Numbered from the whole stretch's first letter, positions 35,400-49,876 are shown. The stretch is 60,482 nucleotides of DNA, filler included, from Sphacelaria rigidula (GCA_964200075.2; 7 parts of 7 records of this genome joined end to end with filler, not necessarily neighbours in it), one strand, 5' to 3'. Notes: generated by a model not told the origin, from the letters alone. Numbers and translations: made by a program.

Positions 35400-37800
35400 A
35401 ACGTTAATGTTGCCCAACCGATCGACCCCTAGATCTTTTTCGTGGCCACAGCACATGTTTGGCAACACTTGAATATCATGTCGAAAATCAAACTCAGATG
35501 AAAGGAAAATTTCCGCCATGTCGTCATCTCGGTGAAACATTAAAAGCCGAGACTGAATCACCACAATCAAACTCAAACCGGACTACGGTCAAATATTTCA
35601 AACAGTACGAAGCGTAATACCGCAATCCCCACGCAAGATCGAAGCCATGAGCCTGGAGTTTCACGCGGTTCAAAAGCGCGGTAGTTATACTTTTTCTTTC
35701 CCCAAAATAATACCCGACAAATCCCAAAAACTCCTTTTATGCATTCCAATTACTGTTCCAAATCTAATTACCACTAGTCGAATCATTGCAGTCGGACAGT
35801 AGTCACATTATGGCGCTTTCACTCAAAATCAATCTATCCAATGCATGAATATATCATCAAGCTGAAGTAGTCAACAAATAACACTTGACATGGCCACATT
35901 CGGAGTATAATGTCCTCCAAACTTCATCTCCGGCTTTCTGCTGTTTTCCATGGTCACAAGCCCCCTGCTCTATCGTAATCTGCCATTGATAAAATGTATG
36001 TACCCGAATTTAAAACTATATCATGTCGCTTCTGCATGTATGTGATGAAGAAATATAAGATTGGACTTGACGCCTTGTACGGCGTAGACATCGGTCAACT
36101 GTATGTACAGGGAGGTCTTTGGAGGGGATTGAAATATCCAAAGATCCCATGTGGAATATCAAATTTAGACTACTTACTGCCTTGGCTGGGAGTTTGGTTC
36201 CATCATTGTGAAGTTTTCCATGCCCTGAGGAGAGGGTCGTGAATCAAAAACGCCATTTACATTACCTGTGATGTGGTATGCAGTGCCGGTGTCTGCAATC
36301 CATTCCTCTGCACTATCACTTCTACTAGATGCAGTCCCACTACGTAGCACAACATCCCGACGTGAATCAAAATTACCAAGCCGAAAACGAGACTCGCCTT
36401 CGGGCATTGAACGCGCCATGTATAGTCGTGGATGCTCCGAGGTGGACGTATCGGCAGGCAGAGAAGACGTAGCGAGGGGGGATGCCTGCCGCTGATGCTG
36501 CTGATATGGGTCGTTTGGTGGAGCTGCAGATTGGTATTGTTGGTGACGAGGGCTATATTTCGGAGTAGGATAGTAAGACTGTTGCTGTTGTTGTTGATGG
36601 TGTTGCAACTGGGGTTGCGGTTGCTGGTAGTCGCCATGATACTGAGGTAGTTGCTGCTCGGGATAGCGATTGTATGGAGGTGGGAGCTGTGGCTGTTGCT
36701 CGGCATAATATGGAGGCGGGAGCTGTACGGAATTGGCGAACCCTGCGTCATGAAAGGTATTTCCGTCTCGTGAGAGGAAGTTGTCATCAGTGACGGAATC
36801 CTCGGGTCGCTGTACAAAATTCACATGGCCGTTGGAGCTGCTGCTGTAGAAATCACGAGGGGGTGGTTACCCGCGTGTTGTGTGGAACGATGTTCTGAGC
36901 TGAGATCTTGATAGCCATGCCGGCGATCGACATTTCTCCGCCCATCACATCGTCTATGGGAATCAATAACTCGACCATAGCATATACTGCAGTTACGAAC
37001 ATTGCATCATGAGGATTGCGGGCTTGGAGTGGGATTGTTGTTGTGGGATTGGCCTGGAGATGAGGAATGTGGACGGGAGTCATATCTCGGTGATCGTTCA
37101 TGGTCAGGCGAACGGAGGTTGCGGTGTGAGAAATGATGCCCATTGCGGTCTGAGCCGCACTCCAAGCAGTGTTTTTTTCTCCTGCCCCTCATATTCCCGC
37201 GTCGCCTAGCCGATACGTCACTGTTGGAGGCATCATGAACTATGGCAGAGAGAGCATGGTTGCTTGGTGAGTCTACCCTACTGCTAGATAGTTCCAACTC
37301 TGCGTGGGCAGTTTTCACCGTGCGGTGCAGGGTCTCAGTGTCTATCTCCGGCATGGCAAGCAGCATACCTTGCTGTATCTCATATTCCGACGACAGCCTA
37401 CGTGCATAGTGCCTGTTTGCGTCAAACTCCGAAATTACGGTACCGTGATGATGTCTTTTGTGACAAATTAGGTTCGCCCTGCTCAGGAAAACCAAAGGGA
37501 ACTCGCCCGGTGACATCTGTAGACCCGTCCATTATTGTTCGAGGCGAGCTTTCTCTGTAGTGGGGGAAACCGTGTATCACTGTATGAAATCGTCCCACGA
37601 TTCGCTAGGCAAACTAAGTATTGCAATTTTTCGACCATGCTAGGGACGATATTTTTTTCGAGGAGAATGTCGTGAGCTCGTTGTGCTTTTTTTACGGTCT
37701 CATACCCGTGCTGCCTTACCAACTCCTCTTCCGTCTCATGAAATACACGGCATATGATCCTGCACAAAAAGATCATCATAGCATTTCTCTGCACGAAAAT
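35400..37800 (-). pseudogene. Ty1/Copia gag-protease remnant (approximate limits)
   Basis: EEWIADTGTAYHITG (Copia protease W..DSGA..HMT) in ORF 36174-36824, preceded by a Q/P/Y-rich linker and gag-like ANRHYARRLSSEYEIQQGMLLAMPEID. Confidence 0.72.
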
Positions 37801-38171
37801 ACCCGATTATCCACACATGAAAGACACGATACTTTGACTCCATGCTCCCTCCTGCTTTCGCACAACCGTCTCGATGATGGATACTCGTATTATTACGCAC
37901 TCTTACAGTTTATGATTGGGCGCGTGACCCTCCCATGTAATTATCGTATTGGAACTCAGAAAAAACTCGTGGGTTACCTTTGCTGGTCGCGGTTTGCTGT
38001 ACTCATCGAGGGGCTACCCTGTGCGCCTGTGTGTAAATGCATACTTCTTTCTCTTTCATAATCTGCAATAGCGTCGGGTTTTGCGGCCTCAATAAGCTCT
38101 GCGTCTTAATCTTTCATAAGCCGCAGCTTTTCAGTCAACTCTTCCGTACCTCATTCCCTTCTAGTAGCCAT

Positions 38172-38330
38172 TGCTCAAACTGTAATAAACGCTCACTGCG
38201 TGGCTCTGTCAAATCGGCTCAGCGCGCCATGACTGCTGCTGCTTTCGCTCAAACTGTGATAAACGCTCCCTGCGTGACCCTCTCAAGTCGGCTCAACGCG
38301 CTATGACTGCTGCTGACTTTGCTCAAACTT
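38172..38330 (+). repeat. Two tandem ~73-bp units
   Basis: GCTCAAACTGT.ATAAACGCTC.CTGCGTG...TCGGCTCA.CGCGC.ATGACTGCTGCTG twice. Confidence 0.8.
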
Positions 38331-39957
38331 GCTTTCTCCCCTGCTACCTGGCTGCAATCAACCCGTTCCAAATCCGCTAGCGTAATCAAACAAGGGAGTG
38401 CCTATTAGAAGACTGGCTCTGGACAGGCGAATGTGTAGTCACTTCTTCTTGTAATAATTACGTACACCCTTCACTCACCAAACATCAACCGTGCAAGCTC
38501 CGCCAAAGCTGCGTTCTCTCCCCAAATTGCAGTACCAAAAAGCACACACTGAACAACGCAAGGTATGACTGCACGGCGGGTTCCCTTATATGCGATATAT
38601 CCCGTCATAACACAACCCGTTACCGCAGGCGATATCCGATACCCATGATATGCCATCAATCTGCCCCGCATGTACCCATAGTAATCCACGCACACATGCA
38701 CTAGTGTTTAGCTCGGCATCATTCAATTACCATATATGTGATTTTTGTCAGTGGGAATCTGTGAAATCTCTCGATTCGAGTTCGGTGCGCGAATATCTCA
38801 CATTGGTATACTCAAACTTAGGGTGGCGCACTATTATACTTGAACTTAGAATGGTGCACCGTTTTGGTGAGCTGCATCATCAAGGGTTGACGAGCGTACG
38901 AAGCCACACTACACGGCGACAATGATATGGCGGAGCAAGTGGAAATCCCGTCGCCACATGTGGAAGCGCTGAAGAGCGACCCATATGCATTTCACGTTCA
39001 GCTGGAAGAGGTGCCTGTGAAGTACGGTCAGGACGCTGCCAGGCGTTTCCCTGAAACATCTGCAAGAGCGGTTAGAGCAGCCCATTGCTCCCCGGCGCAC
39101 ACCACCCGCCCCGCTCGCTTACCAAACGTCAGCACAGTAACCGCAGCAAGGGAAAACGCTGCGAGCACACAGGATGATGTGGAAGACATCAGGCGGACGT
39201 GATTGCTAGCGTTCAGACAGGCGACATACTGGCCTTTCGCAACCACCGGGACAGCCTTTCACAACCAGCCTAACCCAACTATAACTACAGTTAGTGAACA
39301 CACTTCACACTTCACGACAGCCCAGTACAACTGAATAACGATGTTACGGTGTTCCATGCAAGAAGACAGCAAGTGTGTAATAACATTGCACGAAACTCCA
39401 ACGCCGCCCACGAGGACAGACGGTCCGAACGCGATAGCGCAAGCCGGAGTAGTACACCTCACGCAGCACAAAGTGGGGCTCTGCAACGTTCAGGCTTGAT
39501 CAACCCGCATTATAGAGGTGGTGTCGTGGAAACGTACAGCAGACAGCGCAGGATGATATATGCGGGAAGATCACAGCCTACGAAGTGACAGCCTGTATCA
39601 GATATGTCAAATTAACGCCCCCCGCCTACGCTGCACCAGGAGTATGTATAACGGCGGGGTATATGGCATCCTCGTCGCCGTTATGGAATGATCAAAGTGC
39701 AGCGTAGTGCCGTCTAAAGGCGGACGACGGAGTACAGTAACGTGCATGGCGTGAGTTTACACTCGAAATAAGCTGAAAATATCATCATGACAGGCAGTAT
39801 AGAGGTGTAGGATAACACATCCCCACAGGGCCTGACGGTGACTATTTCCGAATACAAACAGTAGACGGGGGCCACGCCGAATATAAACAACCATTTCTTG
39901 CTCTGAAAAACCGTCAAATGTAAGTCGTCAATTTTCCATCAACGGTTCCATAAGGGT

Positions 39958-40407
39958 TAAAACACGGGATCTTACAAATTGGGGATGGATCTTTTATTGG
40001 GGATGAGAAACCCGGAGGATTTAAAATTTCGTACCCACACCAAATCTTCGAAATATGATTATATTTTTTCACCGATCGATAGCTATTGACAACTGCTACA
40101 CGCCATTCAAATTTGGATGTCGATCACCGAAATGTTGGGGTCCTAGGTGAAAAACCAATTTCGGAACCATTTTGGCGTCCGTTCGGACACCCGGAATTCC
40201 CCACAAATAGTTTTTCACCTAGGAGTCCAGCATTTCGGTGATCGAAATCCAAATTTATATGGGGTGTAGCAGTTGTCACCAGCTATCAGTAGATGAAGAA
40301 ATGGAATCATATTTCGAAGATTCGGTGTGGATACGAAGATCTTAATCCTCCGGGTTTCTCATCCCCAATAAAAGATCCATCCCCAGTTTATAAGATCCCG
40401 TGTTTTA
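39958..40407. mobile_element. 450-bp palindromic (foldback) MITE, copy 1
   Basis: TAAAACACGGGATCTTA.AAA.TGGGGATGGATCTTTTATTGGGGATGAGAAACCCGGAGGAT with its reverse complement at the other end; arms ~210 bp. Confidence 0.9.
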
Positions 40408-40694
40408 TGGGCATTAGTCAGATTTGTAGTTTGCAGGCCCATTTGCCGGCCAATATTTAGAGCTGCACCCCAACATTTGGTATGGACAATACATGAGGCA
40501 TAAAGAAAAAAAGTACGAGTGCACCAAAACCTTTGTTTTCGAAGAGTTATATGCATGAAATGTAGGCCATGAAGAAACATTACGAGTGTACCAAAAGGTT
40601 AAAATCAAAACTCTTGGTACACTCGTAATGTTTTTTGTATGCTTCATATGTATGCTCTATGCATAACAATGCATAGGGCGTAAACATGTAATTA

Positions 40695-40952
40695 CAAGGG
40701 TCGGAAAAATCAATTATTCATCTGGAAATTACTTGGTTTAAATGTAATTGATTCGAATCGTACAAATCAACCCCTAGGCTTTGTTTTCAGCGTTGCAACC
40801 CAGGTACACACAACCCAGACACGTAGAATGGCGCAAACGTTGCGTGGATACCCCTTGAACCAGCGGTCAACCTTTTCCTCCCTTTCGGGCAATCAGGCCA
40901 AAGAAATCGTGGATTTGGTGATTCGAACCCATGATGATTCGTCCTAACCGTG
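40695..40952 (+). repeat. ~255-bp interspersed repeat (also 44447-44696 and 49579-49843)
   Basis: CAAGGGTC.G...GGAAATTACT...GGCTTTGTTTTC.GCGT.GCAACC.AGGTACA...TTGGTGATTCGAAC...GATGATTCGT...AACCGTG three times. Confidence 0.88.
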
Positions 40953-41017
40953 AATAATTAGAAGTGTACCATTTGTTTTTATTCATGAGTTAAGGGCATG
41001 ATGTGGTAAGCTTGGTG

Positions 41018-41432
41018 GCATAGCAAGATATCACGATGTGCAGGTCTGTTCGTAGACCCTGAGTTCCGCGATGCGTTGTCATCGCGTTTGTAATTGTCAT
41101 TAGTTAGGATTGTTCCGGCGTTGCCACATGGCGTTGACCCACCTCGACCAGCTACTGGCTTGCCTGGTTTACTCTGAGCCATCACTACGCTCTGCTCATA
41201 TGGCTGCGCCGCGGCTGTACTGAGTAAGAGAGGTGCTTGTAGATATAACATTATGCTAAGCAAACACGTGCGTTCCTCGTCAGTAGTTTACACATGAATG
41301 AGCCTACTATGTTATTGTTCATGATGGATAGTTATAGGTCGTACGGTGTGCCCACGTGGGAGCTTGGTTAGCTGGAACCAGTGGTATCTCCCGGTACTCG
41401 TACTGAGGGACCTCAGCCAGTGCATTAGCTAC
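41018..41432 (-). repeat. ~430-bp interspersed repeat, second copy
   Basis: Reverse-complement match to 29915-30345. Confidence 0.85.
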
Positions 41433-44099
41433 ACCATCAATATGACAATTGGCGTCGATAAACGGACCCCGTTCCTGCTTGGTCAGGAGGTCTTTGTGTT
41501 CCTTAGCGTTGTGTGTTTCTGCTCAAGCTGTAGTCAGTAACTCGCTTTCATTTTTCTGCGTTTTTTTACTTTTATTTAGTGAGGCGCCCCTTTGCTATTC
41601 TGATTGTCATGAGCGTCAGCTTGCTCTGGGTTCAGTTGATTGTACAACAGTAGTAAAGACTACTGTACGTTGCCCCCGCTTCGCGTATTAATGATGCGCA
41701 TCTGCCCCCCCGTTGGTACACTGCTTGTAGCTGCTGAGTGATTTGCTGTAGCTGCCCTTTGGCCCTGTTCCCGCTTGTCTACATCCGCGTAAGTGCCATG
41801 GTAACGCTCTTTGTTAGTTTCCCGACTACGCGTCGATCTGGCCGGAACTACGTTCAACTTCCGCCTTGTGCATGTAGCCAACCGTAACTCTGTCTCACTA
41901 CAGTGTGTTCACTCTGCTTTCGAACAGGGTATCGCACGCGCCACTGTGCCACGTGCGAACTGTGTGCCCGCCGATCACTATTACATTGGTGGTGGTTAAT
42001 AGTTGGTTTCGACGGCTCATGCTGTAGTAGCATATGGTTGATTTGCCTTGTGCCGAATTAAAACGCCCCTCCCCCTGTCCCTCGGCGAGCACCCCAGAGT
42101 TTAGATGCGCAACCCCCCCCCCCCACCACCCTTCCCCCCGGACGCCCTTTTGTGTGGTGCGGTACCCCACCGCGCAGCATGGTTCTGAGGTGAGGGAAGC
42201 TGAACCGTCAGTCGTGGAGACTGTAGCTGCCCCCTGTGACAGCACACGCATGTAATACCGGACGTCGCGTTGTTGACGTCGGCCCAATTGATTCGAGTCT
42301 ACCCTGGTTGATTTCCGCCGTTCTAGGACAACGCCGCCTGACCGATTTCCTTGTTATGGTGTATGCTTTGCGTTTTCCATCAGCGGTACTACAAGTCGAG
42401 ACTCTTTTCAGGACTCGCCTGATGATTGACGAATTATGGCGTTAGCGACAAAATTTGCCTTCGGATGTAAGCCCACGAGTTTTGCGTAACCACCCTCTCG
42501 ATGTTTGCTCACATCACTCCAGTCAGGCCTGATTAACCTTTTCCTGCATTCACAGATGACTCCCGTCGGGAGTACTGTGGCTTTAGCGACAAAATTTGCC
42601 CTCGGATGGAAGCCCACAAGTTTTGCGAGACGACCCCACGATATTTGACATCACTTCAGTCCGGTGCGATTGAGCTTTTCCTTGTAGTATCAGATGGTCC
42701 ACGCCCCTTGTCAAGGGGAGAGAAACGGCCCCGCAACCGCGCAGAGTTTTCGAGCGCACCATGTCCCCCCTTATCAGTGCAAAGTATAATCGTTTGCTAT
42801 ACTATGGAAACATACTTGAGCTCGAACATTTTCTTTTGTAGAAGAGACGCCTTCGGACACAGCCCACGTGGCCGTTCCATATGCCGCTGCCTTGGCTGCT
42901 TCCCAGCACCTCCCCCCCCCGATCTGGTCAGGTATAAGATCGTAGCCCCCCAACACCGGTTGTATCGTAGGCCTATACTTGAGTTGCTACAACACACTGT
43001 CCGCATCCTTCGGCGATGCGGCGAGCGATGACCTCACCTTGGCGGATTTCAAAACCCCTCAATCCGACCTGGTCAGATATCTGATCATAGCCCCCCCCCC
43101 CCCCCCCCCCCCCCCACCCACCCCAACCCCCCCAACCGGAGCCCGGCCGCGCCCAACAACCACCAACCCCGACANNNNNNNNNNNNNNNNNNNNNNNNNN
43201 NNNNNNNNNNNNNNNNNNTTAATTAATTAANNNNNNNNNNNNNNNNNNNNNNNNNNNNNNNNNNNNNNNNNNNNATTGTATTAATCGTCTAACCAAGGGG
43301 AAGGTGCCCATCTGCTCAAAATTTTGAGCCCATATTTTCTCGTTGATTAAACCCCATGTATAGTAATTTCTGTACCTGAGGGAGATAGCGTCCATACTAA
43401 AATCTCCATGAAACCCCCGATCGATGCACTCAGCGGATGGCGACGAATTTTGGTGTGGACATTCCCTGGAGCACGAGGAGACGATAGATGCCCTCACCTT
43501 GACCTAATTCGTTATCTATCTCGAGAGATGGCGCACATAATTTTCCACACTAAAATCAGTATATTACGAGCAGATGCGTTAGATTGGCTAAACCTGGATA
43601 TCGCGTCTCATTTTTTGAGAGTTATGCTATAAGATTTCGTATGGAGAACCGCTAGTGCATAGTAAAGCTTATTTACACACAGCTTTTTCAATATTTTCCT
43701 TATTTTTCATTTTTTTCGGGTTTTTGGGGTAGTTTTGAGGAAGAATGAATACTGCTTTTGGGCCTCATCTCAATTATTTTACTTAATTTTTGTAGTTGTA
43801 ATTTGAAACTCAGGGTAAAGAACCAGATGGGTATGCTGAATGAAGAAAAAAATGGGCCCTCAGTTTTTTTCGGGGGGGGGGGAGAGGTTCGGGCGTTCTC
43901 GTAAAACAGTGGCGGTTTCCATGCTAAAACGCCCTGAACCAGTGAAAAAATCTGAAAAAATCAACCTAACCCACTCTGTTCCGTCAATTATGCCCTAGCC
44001 ACGGCCCACACAAAGTTTCAATACACAAACACCAAACGTGGGCCGGTAAATGGCTTGCAAAATACCGTTCCGAATTTTTTCTGACCCTATCACTAAACG

Positions 44100-44371
44100 G
44101 CCCATACTACGACCAATACTTGGAGTTGGACCGTGAAATTTGGTATGGACAACGAAAAGGGAATAATGAACAAAATTACCAGTGCACACAAGGTATTTTT
44201 TTTGTTTTTTCATGAGTTAAGGGCAATAATCAGCTTTCAGATATCGGTAAAACATCCCTCACCCATGGAAAAAAAAAACTCAAGTGCACTGGTATTTTTT
44301 TTTGTTATGCCCTATTCATTGTCCATACCACATTTCAGGGTCCAACTCTAAATATTGGCCGTATAATGGGC
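44100..44371. mobile_element. ~270-bp MITE with long imperfect TIRs (related segment 40436-40625)
   Basis: GCCCATACTACGACCAATA.TT.GAGTTGGACC.TGAAAT.TGGTATGGACAA vs TTGTCCATACCACATTTCAGGGTCCAACTCTAAATATTGGCCGTATAATGGGC. Confidence 0.75.
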
Positions 44372-44954
44372 TTGCAAACTACAGAATCGCTTCTCGGCTG
44401 GCCCAGCTCGTATCGTAGGATGACCCTGAACCCCCTTGGAACCGTTCAAGGGTCAGACAAAGCAATGATTCGTATGGAAATTACTCGGTTTTTGTGTAAC
44501 TGATTCAAATCGTACGAATCAATCCTTAGGCTTTGTTTTCAGCGTTGCAACCCAGGTACACGCAGCCCGGACACATGGGATCGCGCAAAAGTTGCGTGGA
44601 TACCCCTTTGACCAGCTGTCAACTTTTCCTCCCAATCAGGCCAAAGAAATCGTGGATTTGGTGATTCGAACCCGTGATGATTCGTCGTAACCGTGGAACC
44701 GTTGATGGCGAAAAATGACAAATTACATTTGGCGTTTTCTTGGGCAAGGTACGTTTGCTTTTCTGCGATTGTTGGTGATTCAGCCCACCAAAACGCTGCA
44801 CCACTCTAAGTTCAAGTTTACTAATGTAACAGATTCGTGCACCGAACTCAAAGTGACGTTTTTCCCGTGACAAAAGCCCGCATTTGGGAGTGGAGTTTGT
44901 ACTGTTTTTCGCGAGGTCCGAAAGGGTTAAGAATATCAGGACGTGAGTGGCAAG

Positions 44955-44992
<38 letters not shown>

Positions 44993-45048
44993 ATATTTGG
45001 TGATTCTGATGACGACGGGAATAATGATGGATGATTAACAAAAAATAG

Positions 45049-48000
45049 ATCGAAGAAGCTGCTGGAGCTGAGGAGCATACTGAAGCTCCCGGAGATAAAG
45101 GCGCAGATTGCGGAGGGAGATATATCCGTGGAGGATTTAGAAAGCGTTTGGTTGGAGGCCTGCACCGTAAAAGTGAGAGAATGTACTAGTCAAACTCAAC
45201 TTGTGTGTAGTGTTCGTTCACGTCGTGAATACGTTCCATAGGGTGGTGCGTTGAGTACAATCGTTTTAGTGTTTTCATCGGATGTAAGGAGGGCGAGTTC
45301 CTGACGTTCCTGACGTTCCTGTGGTTCTCCAGCGGTTCCCTAAATAGCTAACTAAGAGTTTCATCCCCGTGTACAACAGCTTGCTACAGTAGCTGACCTG
45401 CTTCCCAGTAGAGATGTTTTTTTTTGCTCTTTCATGATCAATCACAACCTGACCTATGGATTACGTTGTCAAGAAGTGTACTGCGTACGGTATGGAATCT
45501 AGTGCCTAATGCAATCTACAATCTACGCAGTAGACGACGCTGTACGCAATACACTTGTTAACAGTGTAATATAGTCGTTGTTCAGGGTGCAGAATTAACC
45601 TGTGTGTATCCTCCACACTACTACTGACTGTGCATGTACATCCACGAAAGCTTTACTCAACCACCGTAGCACCAACACAACGGTAGTACCAACGAGTGAT
45701 GAAAAGCGGCTCATGGGGGTGTACTGTATACCCGATGGTTCCTGAAATTGTCTTGCGCGGCAATAGAAGCACAGGGTTACCTCTCTCTTTGTTTTTCACA
45801 TTTTATTTCTCCCATTTCCGTGTGTTCTGTGTGTCCGTGTACGTGCGTGTGTGCATGTGTCTTTGCCAGTAGACCTTACGCATTTCTTGTAAAATGATCC
45901 TAGCTTAATTTCGGCCTGCCAACGCAAACTTTGCTTGGAAATTTTCATCGAGGATGAGAACGCGGAGGATTAAAATCTTCGTATCCACACCAAATCTTCG
46001 AAATATGGTTCCATTCCTTCACTTACTGGTAGCTATTGACAAATAGTACACGTCATGCTAATTTGGATTTCGATAACCGAAATGTCGGGATCCTAGGTGA
46101 AGAACCATTTCCGGGGAATGTCGGCGGTCTGATGGTACCGAAATGTTGGGGTCCTGGGTAAAGAACAATTTCGGGAAATTCAGGTGATGGGATCGGATTG
46201 CCGAAATTCCCCGAAATTGGTTTTTCACCCAGGACCCCGACATTTCGGTTATCGAAATCTAACTTTGTACGACATGTAGTACCTGTCAATAGCTACCAAT
46301 AGGTGAAGAATGGAACCATATTTCGAAGATTTAATGTGGATACGAACATTTTTATCTTCCGGGTTCTCATCCTCAATGAAAAGCTCGATCCTCAATTTCG
46401 ATGATCGGCTGTCCTTTGCATCCCCCTTGCCCGAGCGTTCTCGTACCTCCTAGATCGGGGCTAGTGTTGGGGTTAGCGTTGTTTCAACATCGTAAGTTTC
46501 CGAGAACGTCCTGTCAACCACTTTACCACAAACGCGTAAGGGCACGACTCGTTTTCGTCCCGCGATATTTCCGTGTGATATTATGTGTGTATGTTTTTTC
46601 TTGTTTCACAGGGCTCTTGCTCCCCTTTGGGAAGTGGCGAGTCGTGGGGCGTGCGCACTGGACTGTCGTTCGATGGATTCGTACACTTCCTTAGGTTGTG
46701 CGAAAAGCGCGTGTCCGCGCCAAAGGGTGAGCAAATGCGAAAATAATGGAAGAGTGGTGTCATGAACCATGATATAAAATTTTACTGGGAACGAACGTTC
46801 ATGATTCGAAATTGTATCGTGCGACTTCAGTGATGTCGATCAAGCACATCGAAAGGGTACCGTTGACTCCCTGTAATCCAAAGGGCGCTGCTGCTCCCTT
46901 TGTTCCCAAACGATATGTCTCCCTGGGTTTCAAAACGGGTACGGTTGCCTGAGTTCCGAAAGGGTACTATGCCCTTCGTTTCGAACGGGTGCAGCTCCCT
47001 ATGCACTTCGGGCCGAACAATCGTACAGGGTGCAACTCACCCTTCATGCGACTCGCCGAGCATATCAGGGCGCTTCGCGGTTGGTGAATGATTACGAGCC
47101 TGGTCTGGCTTTGTAGGGATGCGAGGTCAATGGTCGTATGACAACAGCATGCAAAATCATGAGTCCCCCCCTCCCCCTCCCCCCGTCCTCCCTTCCTCTT
47201 TCTCCGGAACCGTCTGCGTACTGTTGTTTCGTCGCCGACGTGTATGTATCATCTATGCCATGTTTTGATGTGCAAAAATCTACCCTAAGATCTGGAGGCG
47301 TCGGCCGTGGACACCCACGATGGCCACATTCTCGTGGCTGCCCGACACCGAATGATGGGCTTGGTGCGCGCCACGATTACTCTGCATCACCGCGGCGGGG
47401 TAGGCGGTCAACAGGCGAGTGGGTATAATTGTGGTCCGTCTGGTGGTTTTGGATGTGTGTGTGGGGGGGGGTCTGTCTTGTCTGTTAGCCTGCCTACCTA
47501 TCGTGCTGTTTGTTTGGTTTTCGGTTCGGTGGTGTCGTGTCCAGTCTATCGGCTCGGTGGTCAGTCCAAGGTTTCGTGGTCGGTCTATCGGGTTAATGGT
47601 CGGTCTGTTGGGCTCGTGGTTTTGTCTGGTGGTCTGGTGGTGTGTCGAACAGATATACTTTCTGTCGGTCTACCGGTTCGTCAGTTTATCTACCCACCGG
47701 TTTGTCAGTCTAACAGTCCATCAGTATCCTGCCTCTTCATCTGTCCGTCTGCCCCGTCTGCATTCCTCATCTCTTGCCACTCATTCCCTTCTCGCTTTGT
47801 CGCTTTGTCGTTAACTTCTCTCAGGCAGGGTCGTATCAAATTAATTTCGTTTCAAAAACGTGAGGTGGAATCGAATTCGCTTATTTCTGATTCGCCCACG
47901 CTACATATTTTTCAGATGGTTGAGAATATGGATGCCGTGGGCGTATCAGGTACAAGCAAATTCGATTCCACCGTACGTTTTCGAGTCGGAAACAATCTGA

Positions 48001-48871
48001 TGAGACACTGCCTGAATACCAGTTAACCAATCCATCAATCGCGAAGAACCAAGAGGGCACGCGTTTTCTCCGCTATGACCCAAAACGGGAATTCAGAGTC
48101 TCTTCGTCTTCAATCTTTTTCATCCAATTGAAAAGCCGAAGAACCCAAGACCAAAAAGTCGTACTCTACTAGTATTATAGCAGTCGGAGACGTACCGTAC
48201 GCGTCGCTCTGCCCCTCTCCACCTGTACTTGTATTTAGTCCCGAGGCAATGTATTTAATGCACGCAGTGGACCTGCGTAGAGCATGGGAACTGAAGAAGG
48301 AGTGCCTTTTGTCGAGTTCACCGGCTTGGTGATTATGAGGCGTTGGTATACGGGAAGTACCTGGAAGTGGAGTGTGATGTATGTCTAGAACGCTTTCAGG
48401 CTGGGGCGTTGCCACACGTTTTCTAGCTCCATCTGCTGTATGGATGTAGTATAGATGTCACGGTAAGGATGTGTTGATGCATGGATTTAGTTCGAAGTAT
48501 CCTCACGGGGATCTGCCGGTCTGTGTCCGTGTGCCTGTTCGTCTTCCCTATATTTGTCGTTCTCGTGTGGGTCTCTGTTTCTTCGTGTGTCTGTATCTGT
48601 TCTGTCTGTCTCTGTCTGTCTCTCTCTCTCGACGCTGTGTCTCACTGAAAATGTATCTACGCATGTGATATGTTTGCTATGTATCCAACCCGTACAGGGA
48701 AACGACAATGACGACGCCGCTTTGGGCGATAAACTCCACCACTCCATGGTGCGAGCTTCCCTAGAGCACGGTTTGGCGCACCACACGCCGGAGACGTTGC
48801 GCGAGCTGATGAGGACGGGAGTGTACAAGGCTTCCGCCGAGGAGGCTAAGCTTGAAAGACAGGAAAGAGAG
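45049..48871 (+). CDS. Two internal exons of an unidentified protein gene (45049-45172 and 48698-48871)
   Basis: AG|..|GTGAGA junctions, phase-compatible: SKKLLELRSILKLPEIKAQIAEGDISVEDLESVWLEACTVK|GNDNDDAALGDKLHHSMVRASLEHGLAHHTPETLRELMRTGVYKASAEEAKLERQERE. Confidence 0.62.
45943..46382. mobile_element. Palindromic (foldback) MITE, copy 2 of the 39958-40407 family
   Basis: GGATGAGAA..CGGAGGATTAAAATCTTCGTATCCACACCAAATCTTCGAAATATGG with its reverse complement at 46310-46380; internal duplication of ACCGAAATGT.GGG.TCCT.GGT.AAGAAC. Confidence 0.88.
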
Positions 48872-49876
48872 GTGAGAAACGGTACCGGCATGAGGGTATA
48901 CGGTTAAACAAAGGGGGTTTGAGGGGGAGGGGGGAGAGGGGGGGCTCATTTGTTGCTTGCCTCGGTCATTTGACCATTGACCACACACCCCTTGCGAGAC
49001 GGAGCACTGTTCCCACTCCTAATAGAGACGCCTCCAACATTTCGGTGCATGGGGGGGGTGAGATACTCATTTGTTGCTTGCCTTAGTCGTTTTGACCTAT
49101 GATGGTCGTTTTGACCGTTGACCACGCATTCCTTGCGAGACGGAGCACCGTCAAAGGGGGTGGGGGGGGGGGCGGACGTGTTCGGTATCTACACAGTATA
49201 TGGTAGTGATGACTGCTTGCTCAGTGGTAGTGCGTACTCTTCTCAAGAGTCAAATCCGGGCTTCGAAACTCCCTGTAACCATCGTACAGTAACTGTTTTT
49301 CATGTGCGATGGAAATTGCCGAAATATGCACCTTGAAAAACGATAGATATTTTCAGGCAAGATGGAGACACGTAATACTGCCACATATCGAATATGTGGA
49401 CAAGCTCTGATGAGACGGTGATGGTAACCTTGGAGAATATCCGAGGTGGACCAGTCTGAGCAGCTGAGCGGCCCCGGATTGTACTGTTGTCAAGAGTACA
49501 CACGGAGGAGGGGTTCTGGAGTCTGTAGTGGGGTTGCAGTGTGTTTTTTCTGTTTTTGTTGTTGTGGTTGGAATTTTGCAAGGGTCGGATGAGTTGATGA
49601 TTCGTCCGGAAATTACTTGATTTTAGTGTGACTGATTCGTACAGTACGAATCAATCCTTCGGCTTTGTTTTCTGCGTCGCAACCGAGGTACAATACGCAA
49701 AGCCTAGGCCCGTGTAGTGACGCAAAAATTGCGTGATGACCGTTTTGACAAGCGATCGACTTTTTTTTCTCTCTTTATAGCATCCGGGCCTGAAATACCG
49801 CGGAGTTGGTGATTCGAACGGGAGATGATTCGTTCGAACCGTGGAATTTTGTCAAGGTGTTATTTTGTTGAGTTTG

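Noticed and set aside
38927-39202. 91-aa ATG-initiated ORF (MAEQVEIPSPH...)
   Set aside because: No recognisable domain, splice context or second copy
42432-42665. Short duplicated segment with faint Tc1-like (NLWA.IR) translation on the minus strand
   Set aside because: Motif match too weak and interrupted; no other transposase motifs
47307-48026. 239-aa ORF
   Set aside because: Low-complexity TCGG/CTGT simple repeats inside an intron; no domain
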